From Eledone cirrhosa (taxonomy: Eukaryota): DNA of 64,000 nt. Location: NCBI GenBank assembly GCA_964016885.1, contig OZ024761.1:10478001-10542000 (forward strand), read 5' to 3'. The notes under the pieces are model-generated. The model had not been told where the DNA came from, ran no database searches, and saw only the letters and a program-made list of their open reading frames with translations. Both the position numbers and the translations under genes were made by a program. Of this stretch, positions 27,524 to 41,847 are shown piece after piece; the first letter of the stretch is position 1, and each line of letters opens with the position of its first letter.

Positions 27524-27656
27524 ATAATATATATATAATATATATATATATATAATATATATATATATAATATATAATATATATATAATATATATATATA
27601 ATATATATATAATATATATATATAATATATATATAATATATATATATATATAATAT

Positions 27657-27702
<46 letters not shown>

Positions 27703-28155
27703 TATAATATATATATATATATAATATATATATATATATAATATATATATATATATACATATATATAATTATATAATATATATAAACATATATATAATTA
27801 TATAATATATATATATATATACATATATATAATATATAATATATATATAATATATATAATATATATAATATATATATAATATATATATATATACATATAT
27901 ATAATATATATATATTATATATATATATAATATATATATATTATATATATATATATATATATAATATATATATATTATATATATATATATAATATATATA
28001 TAATATATATATATTATATATATTATATATATTATATATATATATAATATATATATATATATAATATATATATAATATATATATATTATAATATATAATA
28101 TATATATATTATATATATATAATATATATATATTATATATATATAATATATATAT

Positions 28156-28187
<32 letters not shown>

Positions 28188-28207
28188 TATATATATATAT
28201 ATATATA

Positions 28208-28281
<74 letters not shown>

Positions 28282-28291
28282 TATATATAAT

Positions 28292-28363
<72 letters not shown>

Positions 28364-28379
28364 ATATATATATATATAT

Positions 28380-28475
<96 letters not shown>

Positions 28476-28482
28476 TATATAT

Positions 28483-28523
<41 letters not shown>

Positions 28524-28530
28524 TATATAT

Positions 28531-28569
<39 letters not shown>

Positions 28570-28578
28570 TATATATAT

Positions 28579-28619
<41 letters not shown>

Positions 28620-28626
28620 TATATAT

Positions 28627-28665
<39 letters not shown>

Positions 28666-28672
28666 TATATAT

Positions 28673-28709
<37 letters not shown>

Positions 28710-28740
28710 TATATATATATAAAATATATATATATATATA
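24738..28740. repeat. 4-kb almost pure AT array, (TA)n broken by AA/TT
   Basis: Direct reading; adjacent to the gap, so base-level accuracy is doubtful. Confidence 0.9.
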
Positions 28741-29058
28741 TACAATATTAAATAAATGGAAAACTATATTTATAAAACCATATTTATTTCATTATATATA
28801 TTTCGGGGATATCATATTAACAATATGCTATGCCTTCATCAGACAAAATACAATATAAACAGTTTTATAGATAAATATATTCGACATACCGTAATAAACA
28901 TCAACTTCATTTGAAGAGGTTCACTCTAGCAGTGAAAATACAGAGAGAAAGAAAGAGAGAGAGAAAAGAGGGAAATAAGAAAGAAAGAAAGAAAGAAAGA
29001 CAAGTTACTAGTTGTAAGACAAGTTACTAGTTGTAACCCAACAATTTTAATATAACTT

Positions 29059-29061
<3 letters not shown>
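28741..29061. mobile_element. Short copy of the Neptune element: inverted pLTR with HHR (28785-28850, minus) plus forward tail end
   Basis: 28741-29003 matches the left-arm end from 14379; 29024-29061 ttactagttgtaacccaacaattttaatataactttac matches 21051-21089. Confidence 0.85.
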
Positions 29062-29097
<36 letters not shown>

Positions 29098-29113
29098 TAT
29101 ATATATAATATAT

Positions 29114-29156
<43 letters not shown>

Positions 29157-29650
29157 TAGGGCGGTGCCCCAGCATAGCCTCAGCCGGATGGCTGAACCAG
29201 GTAAAAGAGTATATATATATATAATATATATAATAATAATATATATATATATATGTTTGTATAAACTAAGGAATAAGAGGTCTAAAAACAAACAGATTTA
29301 ACGAATTTTGTACCGCATCTCCATAATACAAAATGTCTATCTTTGCTTGTTCCGCAAACCAAACACCTTGGAATTGTTTCAAATACCAAGTACCCTATAT
29401 ATATTTATATATATGCACATACATAAAATATATATATATATATATATATGCACATACATAAAATATATATATATATATATATGCACATACATAAAATATA
29501 TATATATATATATGCACATATACATAAAATATATATATATATATATATATATGCACATAGATAAAATATATATATATATATATGCACATATACATAAAAT
29601 ATATATATATATATATGCACATACATAAAATATATATATATATATAGATG

Positions 29651-29706
<56 letters not shown>

Positions 29707-29842
29707 AGATAGATATATATACACACACACACACATGTATATGTGTATTTATATATATATATATATGCATACATATATCTACACATACATGTAAATATAT
29801 TATATATACACACACACACACACATACATGTAAATGTATATA

Positions 29843-29934
<92 letters not shown>

Positions 29935-30553
29935 TTACATACATACAGAAAATTTAAAATAATCAAACCATCTCCGATCCCTTTTTTCGTCTCAGGGAGG
30001 CGGGATAGGATTCTTTCACCCGGTTTTTCAACTATTATTTATACCAATCGACTATTATTATACTCATTTACATTAGGACGACTACATTTCAGATTTATTA
30101 CAAACCGTTTTTTTTTTTTGTAACGAATCTTCCTATCGCATCTCAATAGTGGTGATGTAATATATATTTTTTAAAGTGACGAGATGGGTTGCTTGCTATA
30201 TAGTATAATATATTGTATATGAGGACATATTAGATGAAAGTTAAACAGAAAATAATAAGGATGGTAATTCATTCAATTTAACTTGTTTTTATTTATCTTA
30301 CCTATGTACATCACAACCGTACGAATTATATATATATTTATATATATGTATATATATATATACATACACATATGCATGCATACATACACACATACATACA
30401 TACACATATACAAACACATACACATATGCAAACACATAAACACACACACATACATATATATATATAGATATACATACACATATGCATGCATACATAAACA
30501 CACAAACACATACACATACAAACACACACACACATATACAAACACATAAACAT

Positions 30554-30610
<57 letters not shown>

Positions 30611-30766
30611 TAATGCCCTTGGGGGTTGGGGAAAAAACGAATACAAAGACATATTTATTGTATTCTGTCTCTAATAAAACCGCCCTCTTCTCTCTCAAAC
30701 AAAACCAGACGGTATATATATAAGCACACATATATAAATATATTAATTTGTTCATATACGTGTGTG

Positions 30767-30798
<32 letters not shown>

Positions 30799-30865
30799 CT
30801 GACAAACAGACATATACACACACACACACATTGAAATTGGTGTTCATCACTGTATATATATATAA

Positions 30866-30959
30866 TATTAAAAACTCCACTAAACCCAATGTTGAGTGCT
30901 TCTAATCTATTGTAAAATTGTATTCGTTGAGTAATCAACGAACCATACTAATCTTTGGT

Positions 30960-30960
<1 letters not shown>
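30866..30960 (+). mobile_element. Solo PLE-type tail
   Basis: Carries the ACTC-CA..TG-TT-GAGTGC stem-loop at 30874-30899, between TA runs. Confidence 0.45.
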
Positions 30961-30990
<30 letters not shown>

Positions 30991-31929
30991 ACCATATACA
31001 CAATATAAATATATATATATAAAAACAAATACGTGTGACTTGGCACAAAATTCAAGACGTCAATTAAAGTTTTTTGTTATTCTTGATCAGTGCGTGATTA
31101 AAAAAAAAAAGTTTCGAATAAAATAACTATGAACAATAATAATAAATATATTTATATATAATGCATGAATAGTCAAATTTCTAATGTTATTTATACAACT
31201 GTGAATAATAAAATTTGTATATTTATGCTATATGTACATATATATATATATTGATAAACACAAAATTCTAAACATATTTGATGTTTTGATTCATTATTTG
31301 TAATGTACTGAGTATTGCTGGCCTTGTGCCAAAAGTAGAAACAATTATTTGTATATATATATATATATATAAATATATATATAATACATAAATATACAAC
31401 ACAATGCATAAATATACTAAAATATATTATATATATATATAGAGAGAGAGAGAGAGAATGACTAAATATGCAAATTATATATTGGCCTACACACAGATGA
31501 ATATAAATACATGTATAAATATACATATATATGCATATGCAAATACAGATCTACATTTATAAATATCTATATATATTAAACATATACAAATATATATTCC
31601 GACAAAATTCCGACGATTATAAATAAATTATTATTTAAAAAATATTCAGCCGAAAACACCAGATAAGGACACGCACGAAATCGAATCAAAATAATATGAC
31701 ATACAATAAGATAGTTGAAGAGTGTGTAGAAAGCAAAAGTGATCTATTTTTGAAAGAATGAAAGAAAAAATCACCTTAATCGAAGCACGCCTGCACCATG
31801 ATTATTTTCGCAGAATATATCACCGTGGAACTTACTGCTTTAAAATTAATTCGGGTTTTCTGACGTACTTCTCTTTTCCTATGTCCTCTTTTAACTCGCT
31901 ATTTGACTATTACTCTCTCTCTCTCTCTC

Positions 31930-33730
31930 TTTATCTCCGTACATTATTGTCTTGCCTATCTGTCTATCTCTACTTCCCCTCTCTATATATATTGTCTATC
32001 TATCTATCACTACCTCCCTCTCTCTATGTATTGCCTATCTGTCTATCACTATCTCCACCTCTCTATGTATTGTCTATATGTCTATCCCTACCTCCCTCTA
32101 TGTATTGCCTATCTGTCTGTCACTATCTCCACCTCTCTCTATATATTATATATGTCTATCTCTACCTCCTCCTCTCTATATATATTGTCTATCTGTCTAT
32201 CTCTACTTCCCCTCTCTATACATATTGTCTATCTGTCTATCACTACCTCCTCTCTATATATATTGTCTGTCTGTCTATCACTACTTCCCCCTCTCTCTCT
32301 CTCTTTATATTGTCTATCTGACTATTACTCCCTCTATCACGGTACATCTCTCTTGTCTATCTGTCTATCATGCCACCACTCTAGTGTCTCTCTCTCTCTC
32401 TCTCCACCTCTCTTTTTCTCTCTCTTTACATTGTTTATCTGTCTATCACTACCTCTCTATATATACATTGTCTATCTATCTATCACTACCTCTCCCTCTC
32501 TATATATATTGTCTATCTATCTATCACTACCTCCCGCCTCTCTATATACATTGTCTATCTATCTATCACTACCTCCCCTCTCTATATATATTGTCTATCT
32601 ATCTATCACTACCTCCCGCCTCTCTATATACATTGTCTATCTATCTATCACTACCTCCCCTCTCTATATACATTGTCTATCTATCTATCTCTACATCCCC
32701 CTCTCTATATACATTGTCTATCTATCTATCTCTACATCCCCCTCTCTATATACATTGTCTATCTATCTATCTCTACATCCACCTCTCTATATACATTGTC
32801 TATCTATCTATCACGATATATCTATCTATCACTACATCCACCTCTATAGTGTATGTCTATTAATCACTTCCTCCGCCTCTCTCCCTCCCTCTCTCTTTAG
32901 ATTGTCTATCTGTCTATTACTATCTCCACATATTCTATCTATCTATCACTTCCTCCGCCTCTCTTTACATTGTCTATCTACCTATCACTATCTCCCCCTC
33001 TCTCTACAGTGTCTATCTATCTACTACTACTGTTATGTCGATTTCTCTGTCATTTCCTCCTCCCCATCCTCTCTCTACAGTGTCTATCTATCTATCACTA
33101 CTTTCAAGTCTATCTGTCTATTACAGCTGTCATCTCTATTTCTCTATCACTTCCTCCACCTCTCTCTCTATTTCTCTATCACTTCTTCCACCCCTCTCTC
33201 TATATCGTTCATCTGTCTACAACTATTTTCATGTCTATCTGTCTACCACGTCCTCCTCCTTTTCCTCTCTCTACAGTGTCTATCTATCTATTACTACTGT
33301 CATGTCTATCTGTCTACCACTTCCTCCTCCTTTCCCTCTCTCTACAGTGTCTATCTATCTATTACTACTGTCATATCTATCTGTCTACCACTTCCTCCTC
33401 CTATCCCTCTCTCTACAGTGTCTATCTATTACTACTATCATGTCTATCTGTCTACCACGTCCTCCTCCTTTCCCTCTCTCTACAGTCTCTATCTATCTAT
33501 TTACTACTGTCATATCTATCTGTCTACCACTTCCTCCTCCTCCTAGCCCTCTCTCTACAGTGTCTATCTATTACTACTGTCATGTCTATCTGTCTACCAC
33601 TTCCTCCTCCTCCTTTCCCTCTCTCTACAGTGTCTATCTATCTATTACTACTGTCATATCTATTTATCCATTACTTTCTCCGCGCCTCTCTCTCTACTGT
33701 GTCTATCTACCTATCTATCTATCAAGTCCA
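31930..33730. repeat. Degenerate pyrimidine-rich minisatellite (about 35-60 bp units)
   Basis: Recurrent ctctctatatacattgtctatctatctatcactacctcc and ctctctacagtgtctatctatctattactactgtca. Confidence 0.85.
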
Positions 33731-33780
33731 TTTCTTTAACACTTCCTTCCACTCTATCTATCATTTTCTGTCTCGTTAAT

Positions 33781-33970
33781 GGCTGTGGATTGGCAGTATC
33801 GGTAGAAGGTCGGACGCCATGCTTTGCAGCATAGAGTTACGGCCCTTTATGATCTGAGTTCAAATCCCGCCGAAGTTAACTTTGCCTTTCATCCTTATGG
33901 AGTCGGTAAAATAAAGTACCAGTAATGCACTGAAATAATTGCTGGCCTTGTGCCAAAAGTAGAAACAATT
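33781..33970 (+). mobile_element. S1 SINE
   Basis: A-box, B-box and S1 body; other copies at 35030-35180 (minus), 35195-35410, 44600-44850, 47205-47272, 53430-53500 and 53705-53835. Confidence 0.8.
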
Positions 33971-35968
33971 AATGTTGTTTTCATGTCTCTCTCTCTCTTT
34001 CTCTCTGACGCTTTTATGTCCTTTATCTGTCTGTTGCTGTCTACCTCACTATCTGCTGTCTATCTATTGCTTCCTCTGTCTCTTCCTAACCCCTCTCTAT
34101 CCTTTCTGTTGTCTGTCTGTTGCTTCTTCTTCCTTCCTCTCTCTCTCTCTCTGTTATCTATCCATCTATTACTTTCTCTGTCTCTTGCTTTCCCTGTCTA
34201 TCTATCTATAACTTCCTTCGTTTCTTCCTTTCTCTCTCTCTCTTTGTTGTCTATCTATCTAATACTTCCTTTATTTCCCTCTCTGTCTTTTCTATGTATC
34301 TCTTACTTTCGCCATCTTTCTTCTATCTATCTATTATTTCCTCTATGTTGTCTATCTGTCTATTATTTTTTCCGCCTCTCTCTCCCTCGCTCTCCCTATC
34401 TATCTATATTACCTTTTCATCTCTCTCCCTCTCTCTTACTTCCTCCATTTCTCTTCTGCTATATATCTATCTATCACTCTTCCATCTCTATCTATCTATC
34501 TCAATCATTCTATATTTACTAAATATTACTTCACTACTCTCTCTGTTTACTAATTTCTTTCTCTCTCCCTCTCTCCTTTACTATCTATCCCTTTATCTCA
34601 CTTTCTCTCTCTCTAGATTTCTAAGTCTTTATCTTTTCCTCTCTATCTGTCTTTGTCACTCTCATTTTTGCTCCTCTCACTCTTCCTTCTCTGCTGTTCT
34701 CCTTCAATCACAGCAGCAATGATGACATCGGTAGGTAGCATTAAGACTTCCGGTTCTTCTATTAACTGTATATCCTCCTCGGTAGCCGGACGAGCTATAT
34801 ACTAACGTATTTCTAACATAGACATAGGAAACCGGCAGACGACACATCTCGGAGGGAGGGCGTGTAGATGACTTAATTGACTGCCACTACTGGACAACCC
34901 CCGCCTCCCCCGAGTTAGCGAAAAAAAATGAAACAGAACCATGACGAGAATTAAACACTGTGTAAAGGGAGGTAACTGCACGCCTTAAAATGTTTCGTCT
35001 GTCTCTCTCTACCAATTCTGCTAATAATGATTTCTACTGTAGACACAAAGCTAGTAATTTGAAGGATAGGGGAAAAGTCGATAAAATCGACTCCAGTACA
35101 TTACTGGTGCTTTATTTTATCAAACCCCATAAGGATGAAAGGCAAAGCTAAACTCGGCAGGATTTGAACTCAGAACGTAAAGTATATGATTTCTAACAAA
35201 AGCAGGCGATCACATATTTTAGGAAACCTGTTACATAGATTAGCGGAATCGTTAGAGCGGACATTTGCTCCTCTGGCTGTTATGGCTATGAGTTCAAATC
35301 CTGTTGGGATCAAGTTAATCTTTAATTTTTCTGAGGTCGATAAAATAAAGTACCAGTCGAGTACTGGAGTTAAATTAATCAACATTCTCTTCTCTCAAAA
35401 TTGCGGACCTTATTTATTTATTTATTCAATTTAAACGTCTGTATAGAGCTAGTAAGCCATGGCTAACTAGGGGCAGTATCGAGTACTCTTTATAGTTGGT
35501 AAACAAAAAGAGCTAGTGAGATAAGTAACAATAATAATAATAAAATTAAAAAGGGGAAAAAATAAAGAAAAAATAAATGCCATGTTAAAAAAATCGATTA
35601 TGTCTGATATTGTTCTATAATTAAGGGTGTTGAAACTGTAACACTCAAACACAGATCACGAAAAGCAAGTTCTTCGCACATCAACAGGTGACCCAATCGA
35701 TGTTGATCAAGCCAAGGGCATCTAGATGGCTATACTGAAGAGAAATGACCAGTCAGTAGTATGTATGTATAATAATAATAATAATAATAATGATTTCTTT
35801 ATTGGCCACAAGGGCTGACATCAAGAAAAACATTACAGACGGTACAGGACGGTACGATGTGGGTTTTGTGCGTGTAAAGATTTTTATTATTTATATAGGG
35901 GAAAAAAAAAAGACATAGAAACATATATATATATATAAACAATAATAATGAAAATTGAAACAATGAGA

Positions 35969-37262
35969 TGTAAGTATGCATGTATACGTACATACATATA
36001 TGTATACAGACGTACAGTAGCATGCACATATATATATATATATACATATATACATACATATGCATACAGGTACACATACATATATGCACGTATCAGTTTA
36101 GCGGCGCTAACGTCGCTTTGTTCGTTTGTAAACAAACTGAACAGCCTGAATTTATGCCATACGGTGTTAAGGCAACCACGTCACCTTTTTGTTCAACACT
36201 GACACAGGAACGATGTACTAGTTTCAAGCTTGTTAGCTATCATCAGCACCGTTTACCCATCTGCCAGATAGTTGAACGTTCGAAAGTATATACTTTCCTT
36301 ATGAAAATTAACGGCTGAGCAGCCTAATTTGCATATTGAGTGAGTTAAATCGGTCAGGCATACCGAAAACGATAAATTGAAACAAAATGAAAACGAAATT
36401 TCATTTCTCACTCTTAGTATGGCACTTACTTAAATGTAAGTATGCATGTATACGTACATACATATATGTATACAGACGTACAGTAGCATGCACATATATA
36501 TATATATATACATATATACATACATATGCATACAGGTACACATACATATATGCACGTATCAGTTTAGCGGCGCTAACGTCGCTTTGTTCGTTTGTAAACA
36601 AACTGAACAGCCTGAATTTATGCCATACGGTGTTAAGGCAACCACGTCACCTTTTTGTTCAACACTGACACAGGAACGATGTACTAGTTTCAAGCTTGTT
36701 AGCTATCATCAACACCGTTTACCCATCTGCCAGATAGTTGAACGTTCGAAAGTATATACTTTCCTTATGAAAATTAACGGCTGAGCAGCCTAATTTGCAT
36801 ATTGAGTGAGTTAAATCGGTCAGGCATACCGAAAACGATAAATTGAAACAAAATGAAAACGTTAATTTTCATAAGGAAAGTATATACTTTCGAACGTTCA
36901 ACTATCTGGCAGATGGGTAAACGGTGCTGATGATAGCTAACAAGCTTGAAACTAGTACATCGTTCCTGTGTCAGTGTTGAACAAAAAGGTGACGTGGTTG
37001 CCTTAACACCGTATGGCATAAATTCAGGCTGTTCAGTTTGTTTACAAACGAACAAAGCGACGTTAGCGCCGCTAAACTGATACGTGCATATATGTATGTG
37101 TACCTGTATGCATATGTATGTATATATGTATATATATATATATATGTGCATGCTACTGTACGTCTGTATACATATATGTATGTACGTATACATGCATACT
37201 TACATTTAAGTAAGTGCCATACTAAGAGTGAGAAATGAAATTTCGTTTTCATTTTGTTTCAA
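35969..37262. mobile_element. 466-bp HHR-bearing non-coding repeat (retrozyme-like, family D): about 1.9 tandem units plus one inverted unit
   Basis: Period 466 (HHRs at 36212-36250 and 36678-36716 on minus, 36923-36961 on plus); 13-bp TSD tgaaacaatgaga at 35956-35968 and 37263-37275. Confidence 0.85.
36923..36961 (+). ncRNA. Minimal hammerhead ribozyme, family D
   Basis: ggtg CTGATGA t AGC taacaa GCT t GAAA CTAG TA catc. Confidence 0.8.
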
Positions 37263-39903
37263 TGAAACAATGAGAAATTCCCCAAAAGGGGGGAAACATC
37301 CGAGGGCTACTCGTGGCGAAAACCACACAAAAGATCACGGCCACCCTGACCACCAAGACAAGCGCCCTCTCTCAATTTTTCCATTTCTCAAACTACAGGC
37401 GTATATTCAGAGCGGTCCCGTTCACTCGGACCATTCTCGCTACATTCACCCACCTTTCAACAAACTTGCTAGAAGGCACCACTTGCCTCTCCACCCTGAT
37501 TTTCCTCTTCAAGTGAAACTTGAAAAAGTTAATTAGGGATTCGCCGAAGAGGAAAGTATCTGTCTTTAACCCTTTCAACCTTGTCCACCACACAATCTCT
37601 TTCGCCATGGCCACCAGGCAGATGAAAACCGCTTGTCCTTCCTCCTCTGCACAATGGACTCAGCCGATAACCGGATCAGTCCTACACGCGACAGCAACTG
37701 TTCGACATAGCTCCACAAGTCAGCAATACTCGGACACTGAACGAGTGCGTGCACGACGGTTTCGTCGCTCTGCGCGCATCTCGGACAGGCTCGGCTGACG
37801 GCCCTTCCGTGCCTGTAGAACTTATCTCGAACCGGCAACGCTCCCCGGTAGCACTACCAGGCCAGGGATTTTTGGAAGTTATCCATAGGCCCTGGGCTGA
37901 AAGTTCTCCGGGAGAGAGCAAACAGCTGATCTTCTTCGACGCCCAGGATCTCTCCGAGAACGTCGTCGCTCTTGCCCTCCACTAGTCCTCTATAGAACGC
38001 TGAGGTGGATGTTCCACCGATACTGGTGCCCAACTTGCAGAGGGCAGTGAGCGCCTGGAGACATTCCAGTTTCCAAGCGCTATCCCTCGGTATTGTCCTG
38101 ACCCGGGACTGCAGCTCCGTCAAGGAGACGAGCTGTGGGAAAACGTGCCTGGCGAACGGCGACCACACCTGTTCACCGCCAAGGAAGCACCAGAGATGTC
38201 GCAGCCTCAGTGCATGTTTGCGCATCATCAGCCATGGCATGCCCAGTCCTCCACGCAACGGGTGTTGACAGCAGATGGATGGTCCACCATGGGAGCGCGT
38301 CCCTTCCACAAAAAGCGGGAGAGGAGGCGCTCCATTTTGGTGAGAGTTGGGCCGGGGCAAGGGACGACGGTGAGGCGGTAGCAGATGACGGATGCGATGT
38401 ACGCATTCGCCACCTCCGCCCGGCCTTTCAGGGACAGCTTCCTCTCGGCCCATTTCTGGGTGAGGGAGGCCACCTTGCTCGTCACCTCGCTCCAGTTTTT
38501 CTCCATCTGGAGGTCCGGTCCGAACCAGACCCCGAGCAATTTAACCGGTCCGTCCGTCCAACGCCCCACGAGGCTGTCGGACGGCATGGACTTGCCTCTC
38601 CAAGTGCCGAGCTCCAAGCCCACCGACTTTTCCTGGTTTATCTTTGCTCCTGTCACCGCTTCGTATTCCTTGAGAGCGATGCCGAGCATCTGGACGTATC
38701 TGGTGCTCGACACCACCACGGTGACGTCGTCGGCGTAAGCCGATTCGGATTTCCCGCATCCTCATCGCCACCAGTTTGTGCAATAACGGCTCGAGAGCCA
38801 ATACGTACAAGAGGGACGAGAGGGGACAACCCTGGCGTACCGAGCGCATGATGCTGAATGGCTGCGACAGGTGACCGTTCACCCTCACAACTGAGCAGAT
38901 GTCGCTGTACATCGCAGCGATCCAACCCCTGAAAACAGGCTCGAAAACGGCTGCTTCGAGGACCGCCGCCAGGTACCGATGGTCGACCCTATCTAATGCT
39001 TTGGATTGATCCAAGTTGATCAGGGCCCCACCCGTGCCAGGTTCCTTAATCACCCTCTCTATGATGTATCGCATGAGGTGGAGGTTGTCGTGTATGGATC
39101 TGTCCGGAATGGCGCATGTCTGCGCCTCTCCCACTAGACCCTTAACGACAAGCGCCAACCTCGTTGCTAACACCTTGGCCAAAATCTTGAACTCTGCGTT
39201 TAGCAGGGTTATGGGCCTGAAGTTATCGATAACATCCCCTTGTTCGGGTCTTTTCTCAGCAGCGCCACCGCTCCCCGGCACACAAAACTGGGAATGCTCC
39301 CGTTCTGCTGCCAGTTGCAGTAGACGTCTGCCAAGAGGTTACCGAACAAGTCTGGCATAAATACATAAAGCTCGTAGGGCAGACCATCCAAACCCGGCGA
39401 TTTACCCCTCGTGCAGTTAGCCATCGCTTCCCGTATTTCACCGGCTGTTATTAGCTTTTCGCAACACTGTGCTGCGGTCGTCGAGAGTCGAGGCAGTCCG
39501 TCGAGGTATGCACTGAAGTCCATACCCCGATCCGGCTCGCCGCTGCACCCGAACAGTTCAGCAAAGTGCTGCTGAAAAGCTTCACACATCTGCTCGGGTT
39601 CGAGCAACACGCGCCCGTTTTGGTCAGATAAAGACCGAATTGTGGCTTTGTTGCCACGTCGCGCCTCTGCCACCCGTGCCCATTGGACGGCTTTTGTCCC
39701 CCCGTGTTTCAGAGCACGCGCTCTAGCTCTGACAACGCAGCCTTCGTTTTTTTCGTTGAAGAATTGGTCGAGTGCCAATTTCGCCGCAAGCACGTCGGTT
39801 GCGATGCCTGTCCTAAACGCCTCTTTTAGCTTTCTGACTAGCTCTCCCTCTACTCTATTTTCCTCTATCACTAGTCCTTTGATAAACTTAATCGACTCTA
39901 CTT

Positions 39904-40165
39904 TAATAATAATAATAATGATTTCATTTATTAGCCACAAGGGCCGAAGTGGGGGTTTACAATAAGGTCGAGTAAAAGTGCACAATGGCAAGACTAATTT
40001 AACAGTGAAGATATATAAAATAAACTATGCATAAATATAACAAAATAAATTCCCCATTAGGGGGTGGACGACCCTGGGGTGACTCAGGTACCTCACCAGG
40101 TACCTCACCAATCCTGAACCACCCTGCGCTTCTAAGGCACCCAGGGAGAGTACCCCTCTCTCAAT
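39904..40165 (-). mobile_element. 3' UTR-only copy of a related Tx1-group LINE
   Basis: cccttgtggctaataaatgaaatc plus (ATT)n; (AAT)n also at 40163-40182. Confidence 0.65.
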
Positions 40166-40185
40166 AATAAGTAATAATAATAAAT

Positions 40186-40437
40186 GTGAAGACTAAAATC
40201 CAAAGAGGGTTCGATAAGGATAAATATATATCAAATATGAGAACCCTAGAGCAAATATTTATTAAAATAACAGATTAAAGTTTAAGCAAAGAATCGCTGC
40301 TTAAACTTTATTCGGGAAACCTCTGGTAATGAGGTAATTATATTGTATTGATTTTATACATTAAATTTTGCTCTGATATTTACATAGAGCACTCTTCATT
40401 TCTATGACCTTTTCTGTTTCCAACTGAAATTTCAATA

Positions 40438-40438
<1 letters not shown>
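40186..40438 (+). mobile_element. PLE-type 3' fragment with HHR 3' half and tail stem-loop
   Basis: Hairpin taaagtttaagc/gcttaaacttta then GAAA CCTCTGG TA; GCTC-TG..CA-TA-GAGCAC at 40370-40392. No CUGANGA seen. Confidence 0.45.
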
Positions 40439-40517
<79 letters not shown>

Positions 40518-40559
40518 ACGTATATATATATATATAACACACACACATATATATATATA

Positions 40560-40627
<68 letters not shown>

Positions 40628-40654
40628 AACGTATATATATATATATATATATAA

Positions 40655-41114
40655 GTTGAAATAAAATGAAAACGAAATTTCATTTCTCACTCTTAGTACG
40701 GCACTTACTTAAATGTAAGTATGTGTGTATACGTACATACATATATGTATTAATTTTCATTAGGAAAGTATATACTTTCGGACGTTCAATTATCTGGCAG
40801 AAGGGTATACGGTGCTGATGATAGCTAACAAGCTTGAAACTAGTACATCGTTCCTGTGTCAGTGTTGAACAAAAAGGTGACGTGGTTGCCTTAACACCAT
40901 ACGGCATAAAATTCAGGCTGTTCAGTTTGTTTACAAATGAACAAAGCGGCGTTATAATAAGCGTCCGCTAAACTGATACGTGCATATATGTATGTGTACC
41001 TGTATGTATATGTGTGTATATATATGTATATATGTATATATATATATATATATGTATATATATGCATGCTACTGTACGTCTGTATACATATATGTATGTA
41101 CGTATACACACATA

Positions 41115-41117
<3 letters not shown>
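40655..41117. mobile_element. Second, diverged family D insertion (HHR 40811-40849, plus)
   Basis: Inverted tail segment 40655-40749 joined to a forward segment 40750-41117; (TA)n flanks. Confidence 0.85.
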
Positions 41118-41150
<33 letters not shown>

Positions 41151-41152
41151 AC

Positions 41153-41193
<41 letters not shown>

Positions 41194-41228
41194 ACGTATA
41201 TATATATATATATATATATATATGTAAC

Positions 41229-41281
<53 letters not shown>

Positions 41282-41283
41282 AC

Positions 41284-41318
<35 letters not shown>

Positions 41319-41320
41319 AC

Positions 41321-41369
<49 letters not shown>

Positions 41370-41371
41370 AC

Positions 41372-41403
<32 letters not shown>

Positions 41404-41404
41404 C

Positions 41405-41436
<32 letters not shown>

Positions 41437-41466
41437 CGTATATATATATATATATATATATATAAC

Positions 41467-41528
<62 letters not shown>

Positions 41529-41534
41529 CGTATA

Positions 41535-41566
<32 letters not shown>

Positions 41567-41573
41567 ACGTATA

Positions 41574-41642
<69 letters not shown>

Positions 41643-41654
41643 CGTATATATATG

Positions 41655-41713
<59 letters not shown>

Positions 41714-41734
41714 CGTATATATATATAACGTATA

Positions 41735-41768
<34 letters not shown>

Positions 41769-41797
41769 ACGTATATATATATATATATATATATAAC

Positions 41798-41847
<50 letters not shown>

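Larger units (their letters stand above)
35770..39903 (-). mobile_element. 5'-truncated, frameshifted Tx1/L1-group LINE, 3' UTR split by a retrozyme-like insertion
   Basis: KSPGLDGLPYE, FRPITLLNAEFKILAKVLA, LDQSKALDRVDH, VRQGCPLS, AYADDVT, zinc knuckle CPRC..ETVVHALVQC; 3' end cccttgtggccaataaagaaatc plus (ATT)n. Confidence 0.9.

Noticed and set aside
24738-28740. Pattern in AA/TT interruptions of the AT array
   Set aside because: Adjacent to an assembly gap and consistent with indel errors in low-complexity reads.
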